Source: Geosiphon pyriformis uo1
Lineage: Eukaryota; Fungi; Glomeromycota
Length of the DNA stretch: 64,000 nt
Assembly: GCA_016748015.1 (NCBI GenBank)
Contig: JAAOMT010000494.1
Span: 141,435 to 205,434 of the forward strand
Reading direction: 5' to 3'
Position 1 is the first letter of the stretch. Each line of letters starts with the position of its first letter. Shown piece by piece: positions 63,758 to 64,000 of the stretch. The notes beneath the pieces were generated by a model. That model searched no databases. It was not told the DNA's origin and worked only from the letters and a program-made list of their open reading frames with translations. The translations under genes were made by a program, and so were the position numbers.

Positions 63758-64000
63758 TCTGTTTAAGTGTCGCGCCTTACTCCTTAAGACAGTTTGCCTT
63801 ATTATATTTTTAAACCCAAAACCTTGGTGATATACTAAAACTTTGAATATTACTAATTAGGGGGCCAATCAAAAATTGGGAACAGAAAAAAGGTCACGAG
63901 ATTTAAATATCGAAAAATGAATAATCTTTACATTTACACTTTATTTTTATAAGATTTTTTAGAAGGTAATATAAATCTTGCTATTAAAATAACTCGTTTG

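Noticed and set aside
63715-63800. tRNA-Leu-like sequence on the minus strand (TAAGGCGCGACACTTAA...GGTTCAAACCC)
   Set aside because: No consistent cloverleaf: the T-loop would be 6 nt, and acceptor and anticodon stems do not pair; the pairing seen is a simple local hairpin.

Overview
Very AT-rich, intron-containing eukaryotic (fungal) DNA with two assembly gaps. The gene families (BTB-BACK-TLDc, F-box/LRR, signal peptide-kelch-TM, class 3 lipase-like) and short GT-AG introns point to a Glomeromycota-type fungus. The lipase-3 paralogues plus Gypsy relics recall Geosiphon-like genomes, but that is inference, not a database result. I spliced 11 apparently intact genes by hand: a possible beta-trefoil protein (4720-5435), a DinB-like protein (5951-7190), a small SERTA-like ORF (7857-8162), glucosylceramide synthase with a ~330-aa C-terminal extension (12953-15426), a class 3 lipase homologue whose catalytic Ser is replaced by Gly (17957-19350, minus), an F-box/LRR protein, a BTB-BACK-TLDc protein, two tandem kelch type-I membrane proteins with identical exon structure, a small secreted Cys-motif protein, and a TXNDC17/TRP14 thioredoxin with WCPDS instead of WCPDC. 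The rest is largely a transposon and pseudogene graveyard: Ty3/Gypsy gag, RT and RNase H relics, a TIR-bounded Tc1/mariner nested in an LTR-element copy, a LINE 3' fragment, a PD-(D/E)xK nuclease pseudogene, a ~2 kb inverted duplication and an intronless helical-repeat fossil. Many carry heavy C>T/G>A damage, at CpA/TpG as well as CpG (RIP-like). Best leads: the Ser-less pseudo-lipase family, the RIP-like hypermutation, and the kinase-less kelch receptor pair next to a putative Kex2-processed peptide precursor. No rRNA, convincing tRNA or CRISPR was found.
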